Source of the DNA: Psammoneis japonica
Taxonomy: Eukaryota
Assembly: GCA_008632985.1 (NCBI GenBank)
Contig: QPGO01000013.1
Location: 806,001 to 838,270, forward strand
Reading direction: 5' to 3'
Length of the DNA stretch: 32,270 nt
Shown in pieces: positions 1 to 12,456 of this stretch. Each line of letters starts with the position of its first letter. Position 1 is the stretch's first letter. The position numbers and the translations under genes were made by a program. The notes beneath the pieces are model-generated. The model was not told where the DNA came from and searched no databases. It worked only from the letters and a program-made list of their open reading frames with translations.

Positions 1-1
1 T

Positions 2-1303
2 AAAAGTATCAAGAACCCCTTTGCGTTGTCAACATTGGGTTTCTGGGCGGCTTTGAAAATCATGATACTGTATCTTCTCACTTTGGAGACCGTACTCACA
101 TGCTGCCTCACGGCTGGCCTTACGGCTTACTGGTACTATGAAGATGCTCAGTACCAAAATAAAACGGGCTGGGATGGTGGTGGTATGGACTTTGTTTTGT
201 TGGGTTTCGCGGTCACCACTCCTCTGTCTGCTGCAATTGGCATGGCATTCACGCGACGTGAAGACGCACTTTTGAGTATCTCAGAATTTCGAGGCTCTTG
301 TTATCAGCTTTACTTGGCCCATTCTCTCTGGGTTTGGAAGAAGTGGAATACCGCTGGCGACCGCGATACTCTCCTGGAACACTGCGATGCTCTCTTGGCG
401 CAACTAATTGGTACGATTTCTTGTCGGCACCACCCATATGTTTGCTTTGTCCGGAATGATCGAACTCTCACTTTTCTTTTGAAAAACAGGCATCGGCGAT
501 GAACTTGCTAGGTTTCTCAGTCTTCCTACTTCCTCCAGAGGAAGACATCGCATGACGATACTAGGACGAAGGGAGGCGCGTACGACAATGATTGCTGCCT
601 ACCGCCTGTTTGCATCCTACGGAACAAGGCGCTTGGCATGCGTCAATGCCTACGGCGAGAAGATGAAGGACTTGGGCTTGTCTGGTTCGGAAGCTACACG
701 CATACACTCTTATGAACGTCACATTTCCATAAGCTTGGAAAAGCTACGAAACACCAAGATGTATCGGACACCGCAAGCGCTTCGTTCTTTTGTACGAGTC
801 TTTACGATACTCATGCCTCCATTCTACGCTCCAACTTTTGCCCAGCTCAGCTATGACCTTGGATCTGTTGGGTATGGTCTTGCTTTTGGAATCTTTACGG
901 CGCTTGGTCTTTCTGCCTCTTTGAGAGTCTTGAAGTTCTGGAAGATCCGTTTGTCGCCTACGTTACATTGGATGGAATCAATGTTCAAGAAGAATTGGAA
1001 GTACTTCACTATTTGCAACTCGTAAATGCTCGAAAGCTCATCTTCCCAGATGCATCGCCCTATCCTTTAGGGCGGAGAGCTGCCCTGACTGGAAACCAAG
1101 GGCGCGTGGAGGAGATTCTATTGCCTGATCCAAAGGCCTTGTCAGATGAATCCAAGGGTGTTGCTGCAAGTAGCGGTTCAAAGGCAGATCAACCAAAACA
1201 GTTAGCAGGTGCTCCAATTGAGGAGCAGGAACATGGTCAGAAGCGGCGTTACAGTGTTTTCAAGTCCAGCATTTTTAAGAGGAGACCCCGTGTCAACAGG
1301 TAA
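2..1303 (+). CDS. Bestrophin-like (RFP-TM/UPF0187-type) membrane protein, 5'-partial. Exons <2-410 and 490-1303, with a 1-nt frameshift at ~917-919
   Basis: Frame is open from the window start. A GT..AG intron at 411-489 joins ORF 26-502 in frame to ORF 552-1025. Hydrophobic segments plus AFTRR, YRTP and, after the shift, LFESLEVLEDPF..LDGI motifs continue into ORF 968-1303. Family assigned from motif recall only. Confidence 0.6.
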
Positions 1304-2229
1304 AACTTCAGCCTTCCGATTAGCCTTACTGTACCGTATGCATAAAATTCTATAATACATTCAACTACCGGTGTCTATTGTAGGTATGGGTGACAACGCG
1401 GAATGAAATGAGTTGGTTTCTTTTGCTATGCAAGATTTCATTGTCCAGGCGGTCGAGCTGTGAAAGACGACGTTACTGTGCATGCTCTCTGATCGCGTCA
1501 CAAGGTGCCACAGCCAGATAGAAGCACCATTGCGGCTGGAACGGCCCAGTGTGGAATGGAAACTCTCTCTGTCCCTTGCTCTGTTGTTCATGTAGGTAAT
1601 CATCATTTACCACCAATTAGTTGGAGACAGTGCCAGTTCAGTGGAAATGGGTACAACAAGCAGTTGGAGTTTTTTGTGGGTTTTGTGACAATCTGGTGCT
1701 CAACTGTTTGCTTCCCCCAATCATTTCCACTAAAGCCAACTGGAGCTGTTTTGTACATTGCCTGTCAACTTCATGCCTCAACATGAACATTGCAATGAAA
1801 TGCCGCCACCCCAACAAAGAAATCAGGCTCACTTTCCTGGCCATGCACACCTTCCATTTCTCCTGGAAATTTGAAAAGATGCAATGAATCACCTTGACAG
1901 GAGCAACACATGGCTGTTGGGATCAGCCTCTTTGACTTCTCCTCTGGCATCATGCACAACTTGCCACTGCCCCTGACACATTGCAGTGCACTCCAAAATT
2001 TAAATGAAGGGGTGGCACCACTCCAACCACAGTCATGCTTGCTGGCCTCTTTCACTGGAAACTCTTGACAGAAGACAAGAAAAAGAGAAGACAATGAAGA
2101 GCAGCCCCAGCTGTTCAAAAACATTTGAAGTGCATGCCACCACCACACAAAAAACTCTGGAATGTCAAATTTGTGTAGAAGCAGTGCCAGCGCCCCAGTG
2201 GAAATGCCCAAAAAGTCTGGAGTGTGACA

Positions 2230-3070
2230 CCTCTGCTGCAGAACAATCTGCCACAATTTGGCTCTCTTTGTTGCTGCATGTGTTTTGAGCTCCACTTGCA
2301 CATGGCATTGCAAGTGAGAGCATGCAAGAGGCTCTCCAACTCAAATTGACAATTCCAGTCAACCCAAAAGTGATGCCTTGCAAAAGCAAACCCACCCTGG
2401 TGTGCTTCACAAAAATGACTTCTTAATCCAGTTGCTGGCTTTTCCTCAAATGGTGGCCAAGAACAAAAGAAGAGTGCTGCATCAGCTGCGGCAGCAAGCA
2501 ACCAAAGCATTGAAAGTTGTGCCCCATTGCATGACTGACGAGGGGTTGCACATCAACAAAAGTGCTGCATGGCGCAGCAAGTGGCAACAGCAGCGCACCA
2601 TCATTGGTCGTTGTTGATGACACATGTTTTTGTGACTCCTGGCTTGCAGCAGGCAGCCCAACATTTGCCACCCAGTGAGCAAGTCATCTGAAGAAAAGTC
2701 TGCAATGACTTGGCTTTCTTTGTTGCTGCGCATGCTTTGAGCTCTGTTTGCATGGTGTGGTGGGTGAGAGCATTCAAAATGCTCTCCTGTCTGAAATTGA
2801 TGACACACCAATCAACCCAAAAGCAATGCCTTGCAAAAGCAAACCCACCCTGACCTGTTTCACAAAAATGAGCTCTCCATCCAGCTGGGTGTTGGCTTTT
2901 CCTAAAATGGCAACACCAAGAAAAAAGAAGAGCGCTGTGGTGGAGGCTTCACTGGCAAGCAACCAAAACATTGCAAATCATGCTCCGCCATGCAATTGAC
3001 AAGGTTTCATGTCAACAAAAGTGCTGTGAGGCATGACAAGTGACAATGGTGGTGTGCCATGGGTCATCAA
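2230..3070. repeat. Degenerate tandem repeat of two ~450-bp units (~2230-2640, ~2690-3070), with a third copy at ~11100-11500
   Basis: Shared blocks such as ttggct(c/t)tctttgttgctgc, tcaacccaaaag..tgccttgcaaaagcaaacccaccctg and ttcacaaaaatga. The 11105-11326 copy has tctgccacaacttggctctccttgttgctg..tttgagctccac. Confidence 0.8.
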
Positions 3071-3834
3071 AATTTCTTGTGCTGTGTGCAGCTCTTGAGA
3101 CTCTCACATGTGCAGCCTGAACACCCACAACATGGCCAAGAGGCAAACCACAAAACTGGCCATTTTTCTGATGATGTGGCAACTTCAAAAATGCTTCACT
3201 TTTGCTGCTCCTGCCAAATTGGAGATTTCCCACACAGACTTCATAGAGTGGGATTGTGCAAGTCAGGCACGAGCACTTCTTTGAAATGAGCAAACAACCC
3301 GCCAGACACAACACGGGGGGGCAGTGTGAGATTTGCTGTGCCCCCTGCTGAACTTGCTCAGTGGGCAAGGAGATGAAGAGCTGCAGGTTGAGGAACACAT
3401 GCTCAGACTTGGAAAGCAAGCTGAGCTGGTGGCACCTTGAAAGGGCTCTCTGCATCAGCCCAGGCCTGAAGAGAAGTCAGCGTGTGGATGAGAAGAGAGT
3501 CGCAGGGCAAATGGTGGGAACTTTGGAGAGGAGCTCATGATCGCAATGTCTCACAAATTGGAGAAGCACAAAAAAAGTGGAGACTTGCCAGAGATGGCAA
3601 AAATCTTTTTCTGACCCGTGTGGGTGGCGACCTTACAACCACCGCCATCACAAGCCATGACAGAAGAGTTGCAGCATCAGCAGAAAACTGCAAGATCTGT
3701 CCATGCATCAGACTCACCGACGACTCACGGACATTTTCCCTTTTTCCTTTTTTCTTCGCGGTGTGTTCGACGATGGCTGTCTCATTTCTTGGAGAAGATT
3801 ATTCAACATCGAAAAGGTGCACAATCCTTTCCGG

Positions 3835-5170
3835 ATGGCGTCCAAGGCCCTAGTGGTGGGTTCTGGCGTGATTGGTAAGCTTCAAGAAATGAAAACAAGA
3901 ATGGCACACGTTGTGTTCTCGAGATTACCACGAAACATGCCATTTTTCTGACGGTGCTTTTGTTCTGCAGGTTTACGAACAGCCCTGGAACTGCTTCGAC
4001 GCAACGTTTCCGTGACTCTCAAATCACCTCGACCACCATGGCACCCCTCCAATTGTTCCCAAGGTGCCGGTGGACTTTGGATGCCCTTTCGTTGTGACGA
4101 TGAGCGCACCGATCGTTGGGCGATGGAAACGCTTGATATGTTGCTTGCCTTGAAAGACACGCAACAAGATGAGCTGGTAGAGATTGTACCGACTGTTGCT
4201 CTCAAGCGAGAACACCATGGTCCCACGGTAGACGACTTTATCGCTACAAAGGATGGCAAGAAGAGTAAAAGCCCATTGCCGTCGTGGAGCAAGGACGCGC
4301 GCCTTGACTTTCAGCACCTGACGGTAGAAATGTTGTGGTGGCAGAACCAAGTTTTGAAACTGCGCATTCCTACATTAGAGAGTCTGTATGAAGCAGGGTA
4401 CATGCATGCATGGGTCTTTCATCCTCCCATTGTTGATGCTCCTCGAATGTTAAAGGTACGACAAGGCCGTTAGCCGTGGATGTATTTGAACATGTCCGAG
4501 CTAGTTCTCATTTCTATCTTGTCCTCGCACTTTGCGTAAACAGAGCATGCTGAATGAAATTGAAAGCCACCCGTTGGCAGAGCATGTACACGTTGAAACC
4601 GGTCACGAGTATCAATCTGTAACAGAAATGGTTCAGGATGCTGTCGACATGGACTGTGACGCTGTTGTGAATTGCACGGGTCTCGGAGCGTCAAACGTAT
4701 GCAATGATACAGACCTTTTTGGAGCTCGTGGTATTCTGTTGCACTATGACCGAAGACAGGGTTGCTCACACTACAATGATGATGGTTTGCTCGTGGACGC
4801 TGCCGTGTTGACCGAAGATTCACCGTGGGGAAGCGAGACGGAACCGTGTTATCTTATCCCGCGTGGCGACGTGTTGCTAGTTGGCGGAAGTTACCTGGAA
4901 CGAGATACCGAACGTGAAATTCGACCGGAAGAAAGGAGACGTCTTCTCCAAAATGCACAGTTACTCGGTATCGATACTACTCAACAAAACCCGATAGGGG
5001 AATGGACGGGCTTTCGACCTTACCGGCCGACAGTTCGATGTGAAGTAGACGACATTTACGGTACAGAGGAAAAGGTACTGGTAGTCCATAGTTATGGCTT
5101 TGGAGGAAGTGGGTGGACTCTATTTGCTGGCGTGGCAGCAGACACTGCAAATCTAGTGACCAATTCATAA
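3835..5170 (+). CDS. FAD-dependent oxidoreductase, D-amino acid oxidase family. Exons 3835-3874, 3971-4455, 4544-5170
   Basis: The N-terminal GxGxxG motif (ALVVGSGVIG|LRTALEL) is restored by removing intron 3875-3970 (gtaag..ctgcag). The second intron 4456-4543 is phase 0. SQGAGGLW, VVNCTGLGA, GFRPYRP and HSYGFGGSGWT are typical DAO motifs. TAA stop at 5168-5170. An in-frame upstream ATG at 3703 is also possible. Confidence 0.9.
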
Positions 5171-5509
5171 ACCATGTCGTTACAGCGTTTTCTCTGCCGG
5201 ATGCACTTGACGACTATCGGTAAAGTACGAAGAAAACAAGGGAAGCTTGACCTTTTCAGCAATAGCATCGGCATTAGAAGAGCTCATCAATTGCCCTTGT
5301 ATGATATAGAACAATCTTTTTCATTATGTCGAATCGCCACTATGTTGTACTCAGTAATGGCTTGGCGTTTGCGGAAAGTAACAACAATCTACTACTAGTA
5401 ATATATTATGTACCAAACACATGATTCCCGCGTCTCTCGTCATTCAGAACTTTTTGCGAGTCTCACAAGAATCGCTCCGACGCCAAAAACAGAATACTAA
5501 TTCATGCCC

Positions 5510-6480
5510 TTATCCCTTGCCCTTGGAGGACGACGCGTAACGAGTGGAGTAGCCCTTGCCCTTGGAGGACGAGGCATAACGACTGGAGTAGCCCTTGCCC
5601 TTGGAGGACGAGGAGTAACTACTGGAGTAGCCCTTGCCCTTGGAGGACGAGGAGCAGCCCTTTTTTCCACCCTTGCTGGCACTTGGTGAACAAGCGGTCG
5701 GAGGAGGAGGAGGAGGTGGTGGAGGAGGAGGAGGTGGTGGTGGTGGAGGTGGTGGAGGAGGAGGCGGCGGAGGAGGAGGCGGTACCACGGGGCAAACGCT
5801 CTGCGGAGGATCACCCAAATCGGTCTAGAGACAAAAAAGAAGCGGCCAATGTGAGCCAAGCTCATGGAAACAACGGCATGCATGTCGCAACTTACAAACA
5901 CGGTCCAACCGGCCTGATCGCCCTCCTCCAAGAGGGGAAAGATTCCGCAGTCGTTCGTATAAGTTATTATATACGTGTTTACCGTAGACTGTTCATTGCT
6001 GTTCAATCCAGTAATCACAACTTGCAGTCCACGGGGCAAGGATTGCGAGTCAAGGTCCTGCGTCATGGTGGCGATGATGGATGTGTAGGTAAAGGTGTCA
6101 CCGTTCACATAGGGACCTGTTCGGACCGTTTGGGCCACCACCTGCAGATTTTGGTCCAATTCAAAAATCTGAACGTTTTGCACCGACAGGGGCACCAAAT
6201 CCTCCGCTGGCACTTCGTCTTCACCACGAATCTCTGTCAAGCAGGCCGTCTCATTGATACCAGGACCCGCCACAGTCGTGTCATCGCACACCAAGCTAAA
6301 ATCCAAGGTAAATTCGTACGTACCCGGTTGACAACCGCAAATGTCCGTCCCAACTTCCTGGGCACTGGCCTGCCAATCGCACAGCAATGTAGCAGTCACC
6401 ATCAACAGGGTTCGCACCATCCGACCCGTACCTCCATGACGGTGTCGCAACGATGGCGACCGATCCGATCCATCCGCCAT
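5510..6480 (-). CDS. Secreted protein: signal-like segment, Cys-containing domain, ~29-residue poly-Pro, C-terminal SSSKGKGY repeats. Exons 6480-5896 and 5824-5510
   Basis: MVRTLLMVTATLLCDWQASA is signal-peptide-like. A phase-0 intron at 5895-5825 (gtaag..ctctag) joins ORF 5497-6534 to ORF 5510-5818. The 36-nt coding repeats are visible at 5514-5660. Confidence 0.8.
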
Positions 6481-6849
6481 TGTTGTTGGAAAGTGTGTTG
6501 TTTTGTGACTGGCGATGGAAAAGTAGCCTAACAAGCAGAGGGAGCGATACCTACCGGTAGATTTTCGCGGGAATCAGGTGGTAATTCCATACTCATGCTC
6601 TGGGTATCATAAAAAATTTGAAGACCGAAATTTTGACGAGCATTCTCGGTTCCAGCGCAATTTTCTACCGTTGATTGTATGTTTGTTGTTTACACACACG
6701 GGACCGCAAGTTCACATCATAAGCATCCGAATATTTTTTCTAACATCAGTTTGAAACGCAACGGAAAACGTAAATCGGCTCACACGACTGAAAATTGAGG
6801 ACTGCAGGAGAATGCGGAATCCGCAAGGGGAATGAATGCGAACAATGAG

Positions 6850-6990
6850 TTGTTGTGACAGCTCCAGGTGTGGTGGAACCCCACTGCACTGACAAGGCCT
6901 CCAGACCCACTGCATTTCAACATGCAGTGCATGGCTCTGTCAGCATTGCAAGATGTGTCAAGGACACCTTTGTTGGGCTGTCACCTGCAT
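6850..6990. repeat. Dispersed direct repeat, copy 1 (copy 2 at ~9430-9585)
   Basis: acaaggcctccagaccca..gcatttcaa..gtgcatggctctgtcagcattgcaagatgtgtcaa.gacacc occurs at both sites. Confidence 0.85.
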
Positions 6991-9429
6991 GATCTCCTGT
7001 GTGAGCAACTGCTGTGACACACATTGTGGAGCCAGTGCAAAAAGAGAGAGACACTGGAGCCGCCCCTCTGGCTCATGCAGCACCTGCAAAGAGCACGACA
7101 GCAAGCTTGTGACATTCCACAAAACTCACAACCTTGGCTTGGTGTTGTTTTTGCCCCTGTGAAATTGTTTTGCATGTGGCTGCCAGCTCCTGTGCCGCCA
7201 ACTGCTTTCTTTGAGAAAGAGTGAAGGCTCAGAACAAACACACACAGCACCTTGCCAGCAAACAAAATTGACACATGAAAGCAGCCCAAATCAACACATG
7301 GGGTCTGTTCCAGCCATGCTGTTCTTGAATTCCAAGAAGCAGAGCAACAGGTGCAAAATTGCCTGGCAGCAGCTTTTCTTGTGCCCGCTTGTGTGCAGCA
7401 CTTGGGCACTGCACAAGCCACCGCCGCACCAGATTTGTCACCAAATGAGCCCAAAATGCAACAAAGTGAGTCAAGCAGCACAAAAACAGCTCAGGCAAAA
7501 GTCACTCCAAAATCATTGTTGAGCTCCAAGCCAAGAAGCTGTCATGTGCACAGTTGATCAAAAGTGAACCCAGCATGCCGCCCCATGAGCCACAAGGATG
7601 GGAGATGCAAGATTGATGCTCAGCTGCAAGGACACACAGCCAAACAAATCACATGCACAAAAATGGCACCTGCAGCCATCATGAACAAAGTCATTCACAG
7701 AGCACCAGAGCTGTGCATCATGTGCAGTCACTGTGCGAAGTTTTTTCCTGTGGGTGCATGTGCCAGTGGGGTGTTGAGAATCCAGCATTGCTGGTGTCTT
7801 GCTCTCTGCTGCAGTCCAAGCAAGTCAGACAAGGGCTGGCAACACTGCCCAAAACACCTGCCATTTTCACATGCCTCTGCAATGAAAGATGCTCAACCAC
7901 AGCTCAGCACACTGGCTGCCTTTTTTCTTGCCACAGAGCATGGCAAGATGTGAGAGTGGGTCATCATTGTTGCATGCAGCCCTGCCTCTCTCCGGGGTCT
8001 GGAGCAGCATGTGCTGGGGCACGCATTCCAGAAATTTGCTGCTGGCATGAGATCACATCTGAGGATGGATTTATGATCTGATGCATTTTTAAAACAGCTC
8101 TCTTTTTCTGTCATTTTCTCTTTTTGCACTTTCAAAGCATCGTTTCAGATGCCTGTAAATGCCCCGGGCACAGGTGAGAGATGCAAAGAAGGTGAAGCTG
8201 GCAGCTCTGTTGGAGTGGCTGGGAGCAAGACAGCTGATGCTCTCTCCTGCTGTGTGTTGCTGTTGGTTGTGCATTTGTCCCTTCCATTTCTTCTGCCCAC
8301 AGTGCTGGGAGGCAAGGAAGCCCAGAAGCAAAGAAGTGGTGGCACCCAGCTGCCACAGCATTGAGCCACAGCAACAAAAGACACACACTCTCTTGGCACC
8401 ACAAGAAAAAAAATGTCTTTGGCATGAGCACACAAGAGGTTTGTGCCCAGGGAAAGCCTGGGCAGCATTTTTGAACTTTGAGCTCAGTTTTCTGGTGTTT
8501 CCAGCCACACAACACTGCACTGCCTTGAAAGCTGCCAGACTTTTTTGTGTCATTGCAAAAAAGACATTTCCAATGAGTGTAAAGAGGAGGTTGATGCCCA
8601 CACAAAAATGCCACCATTGGCAAAGAGCACTTCCTGTTAGATCAATCAAAGTTGAAGCACACTCCTCAATTTCTTGGATCTCACATTTTGGGCAGTTGCC
8701 ACCCAGTCTTTGTGTTGGGACATGTTCAGCTGTTTTGTGACTCTTGTTTAATCTGAAAGTGCATTTGACTCAAAAGGGTGCTTTGCAACAGCAGCAGCAA
8801 TGGCAAATGTGGGCAAAAACCCTTCATCATTGAGTGAGAATTTTTTCTGCCTTCTTGTGGTGAAGTGAAGTGGCCAGTGTGAGTTTTGGGATGTTCTTCC
8901 TGCCATTGTTCCACTTTGTGCTGCACTCATGTTGCACAGGCTTCTTTGCTGTCACACTTGCTGCAAGAAATTTTGGCTTTTTGCAATGAGACAAAGTGGC
9001 AAATGCAAAACCCAGATGCTGCCAATGTTGTTGTCCCACTTTGCAATGTGGGGCTGTGCAACACTTGTCTTTGAGCTGGTTGTCATGGTGCACCCTCCAA
9101 ACTGAGTGGAGCCCCTGTGCCAAAATCTGCACAGATGACATGCAAAGTGTGCAGTCAGCACATTGTGGGAACACTCCAGCACACAACCAACACTTCTTTG
9201 TTGTTCAATGATGAATCCTGCTGAGCAGAAAAGGAGAAAGAACAGCAACAAGGGCACATGTCAAAAAACTGTTGTGAGAAACTGGGCTCTCCACAAGACA
9301 GAACAAATGCTGCAAAGTCCAGTGTTTCAACCAAAACATCATGGTTGAGCACAGCCTCGGAAAATGTGCTTGACATTAAAGTGGACTGGCTGGAGAATGC
9401 AAAATCCTTGCAAAGAAAATGCGAACATC

Positions 9430-9585
9430 GAGTTGTTCCAGCTTGGGGTGTGGTGGCTGGGACAACACCCTGGAGCCCACAAACAAGGCCTCCAGACCCA
9501 TGGCATTTCAAAATGCTGTGCATGGCTCTGTCAGCATTGCAAGATGTGTCAAAGACACCTTTTTTGGGCTGACACCTGTGCATGG
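9430..9585. repeat. Dispersed direct repeat, copy 2 (copy 1 at ~6850-6990)
   Basis: Same block as 6893-6990, with weaker similarity continuing downstream. Confidence 0.85.
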
Positions 9586-10486
9586 TCTGTGGTGTGCCAC
9601 TGGGCAACCACACTGCTCAACTTTTTGCAAGAAAAGTTTGTTGCATGTGGCAGCACCTTTGTGCAGCAGCACAAACTGCACATCCTTCTGGTGTCTCTTT
9701 GGCCAGAGCCAAGAGGCCAAGATGAAGACATGTTGCAGCCATGCTCGCTTGGCCCCAAGCACATGACACTCTGCCCAAATTGCAGCAAAAACTTGGCTCA
9801 GCAGCTTTGCACTGATTTTGCACTGTCGTGCTGTTTTCTTGGAGCCACACAAAATCAAGGTCTTTGAAGCAATGGCAGCAGCTTGGCCAGTGTCTTTGGG
9901 GGAGGCCCCTTTGGGGGGAGATCCCAGTGCCAACAGGTGGAGCTTTGGGCCCCGGCTAGCCTCATGCACAGTGCTCCATGGAATGCTCAACTTCTCATGC
10001 TTGTTGACAGTGTGGGTGACAATGCACAATGTGGTGCTTTTGAGTTGGTTTCTTGTGTTGCTGTCATGTAAAATTTTGTTGTCCAGAGGCAGCAGAGCTG
10101 GCAAAAAACTGCTGCGTGCACTTTGGCCACATGACAAGGTGCCACAATCCAGCAGGTGCAGTGTTGGCTGGAGTGGGCAGTTGTGGAATGGAAAGTCATT
10201 CTGCCTTTTTCTCTCTTGCTCATGTGGGTGACCACAGTTTGGCACCAGTTGGTTGGAGGCACAGTGCCAGCTCAGCAGAAATTGGCTGCAGCTTGAGTTT
10301 TTTTCTTTTTGTGATGATCATGTGCTCAACTTGCTCCCCAGCAATCTTCCTGCTGAAGCCAGCTGGAGTTGTCTTGCACTCATTGTTTGTCTCAACTGTG
10401 GGCCTCAACATGAGTCATGCAGTGAGACACATCCTGCTCTGAGATCCTGCAACCTTGACAAAGAAGTTGGGCTCAATTTTTTAGGC

Positions 10487-10511
10487 CACACACACACACA
10501 CACACACACAC
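10487..10511. repeat. (CA)n microsatellite
   Basis: Uninterrupted run of CA repeats. Confidence 0.95.
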
Positions 10512-12456
10512 CATTTCTCTTTTGACAGACTCAAATCAGCAATGAAATGTGGCTGTTCAGATCAGCCTCTTTTCAGCTCTCCTCTGGCAATGCACACAAC
10601 CTGCCACCCCTGGTGTGTTGCAGTCCACTCCAAAGTTGAGTCAAAAGGGGGGGGGGGGGACAGCGCTGCTCCTCCAACCACAGTCAGACTTGCTTTGCCT
10701 CTTGCTGAGCACTCTGACAGAAACAGAAGACAAAAAGCAAAGACCCAACTTTCCAAAAATTTGAAGCATGGCACCAAACAGCAAACAGAAGCCAAACAGG
10801 AGTTCTTTCTGGTGCAGGTGGTGAGAAAAGCAACCCTCCATAAATGTGCACCAGCATGGTGAGAGACCTCAAGACCCACATGTCAGAGAGTTGCGGTGCA
10901 GCACTGTTGATGCTGTGTGCTTGACAAAGCCCAACATTTGCTGGTGGCTGCAGTGCAAGACAACAAAAATGGGGGCCACACATGTTGGGCAGCAAGCACT
11001 GAAATGTGGAAATGTCCTGCAGTGCATCCCATTTTTTGGACATGTTTTCATGGTCTGGGTTTTCCTTCATTGTCAAAGGGGCAACCTTCCCAACAATGTC
11101 TTCTGCAAAAATGTCTGCCACAACTTGGCTCTCCTTGTTGCTGTGAGTGCTTTGAGCTCCACATGCATGCTGGCAGCAAGAAGCAAGAGGGAGCGCCAAC
11201 CTCTCCAGCTCAAGTGGACAACACACTGATCAAGCAACCCAGAAGTGACCTCTCCTTGCAGAAACAAACCCCCTCCCAAATGCTTTGTAAAATGAGCTCC
11301 CAGCAGTTGGTTTTTTCTGCAGATGGTGTGGCACACCACCAGTGCCAGCACAGATGTGCCAACAAGTGACCAGCATGCAAAACACTGCAAGCTGTGTGCC
11401 CTGCCATGATTGGCCAGGTTGCACATTGACAAAAGCACCACAAGGTGCAAGCAGTGACAGCAGTGCACCATGGGCCATTGTTGATCATGTGAATTTTTGT
11501 GACTCCAGCCAGAAAGATCCCTGCACTTGGCCCAGCAAGTGCACCATTCTTGCTGCAGCATGGGCGCATGCCATTTTTTGTTCCCCACAGTTCTTGAGAC
11601 AGGCATGTGCAGCCTGCACACCCAAGATGTGATGCAGGGGGCAACTGGCTTGCTGCATTGTTCAAATCCCCAAATGCCTTGGTTGCAGCTCCTTGCAAAT
11701 TAAAGGGCTCTCACAAAGACTGCACAGAGGAGGGCAGCAGAAGTCACATGCAAGTGCCAGTTGAAATCCATGCTGGGCAAACAGCACCAAAAAGTGCAAG
11801 ACATGATGTCTGGTGCTGCCATGCCAAATGCTCAAGCAGGCTGTGGCATGTCTCTCTCCACAGCTCCAGGTCAGAGCTGTGTGCAAGCTTGTTCTTGCTT
11901 AGCAGACAAGGGGTGGAGGGCCACACAGGTTGAGGAACACATGAGATTGAATTTGGAGAAAGAGGGCCAGCTGCACTGGTGTGGGGTGCCTTGGAAGGGC
12001 TCTGCTTTGGCCCTGACCTGCAGAAATGTAAGTGTGTTGATGAGAAGCAGCAACCCTGCAAATGAGAGCAGCTGCACAAAAAGCAAAACTTTGGTGCCTT
12101 GGGAGAGGAGCAAATGCTCCTCACAACATCCCACAAATTGGAGAAACACAGACAAGCAAAGACTTGCTGGAGATGGAAAGCCCTTTTCCCACCCACCCAC
12201 ATTGGCAGCAACCTCATGGCCACCGCCAATCCCACACAACAGAGGAGCTGCACTGCATGCACAGAACACACCATGCAGCCCCCCGCCAACAGTGGAGGAG
12301 TTCATCAACATGCACCCATGCATTGGACTCATGGCTCACAGACATTTTTTCCTGCTCCTTTTCTGCTCTTCACTCTTCATGGCTGTGCTGTCTGCCTCAG
12401 TTTGTGGAGAAGATTTGACATCAAAGTGCACATGTGTGCACAATCCTTTCAGGAGG

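Noticed and set aside
5504..6531. Plus-strand poly-Gly, poly-Glu and GVALALGG ORFs
   Set aside because: They are antisense shadows of the minus-strand poly-Pro/SSKGKG gene.
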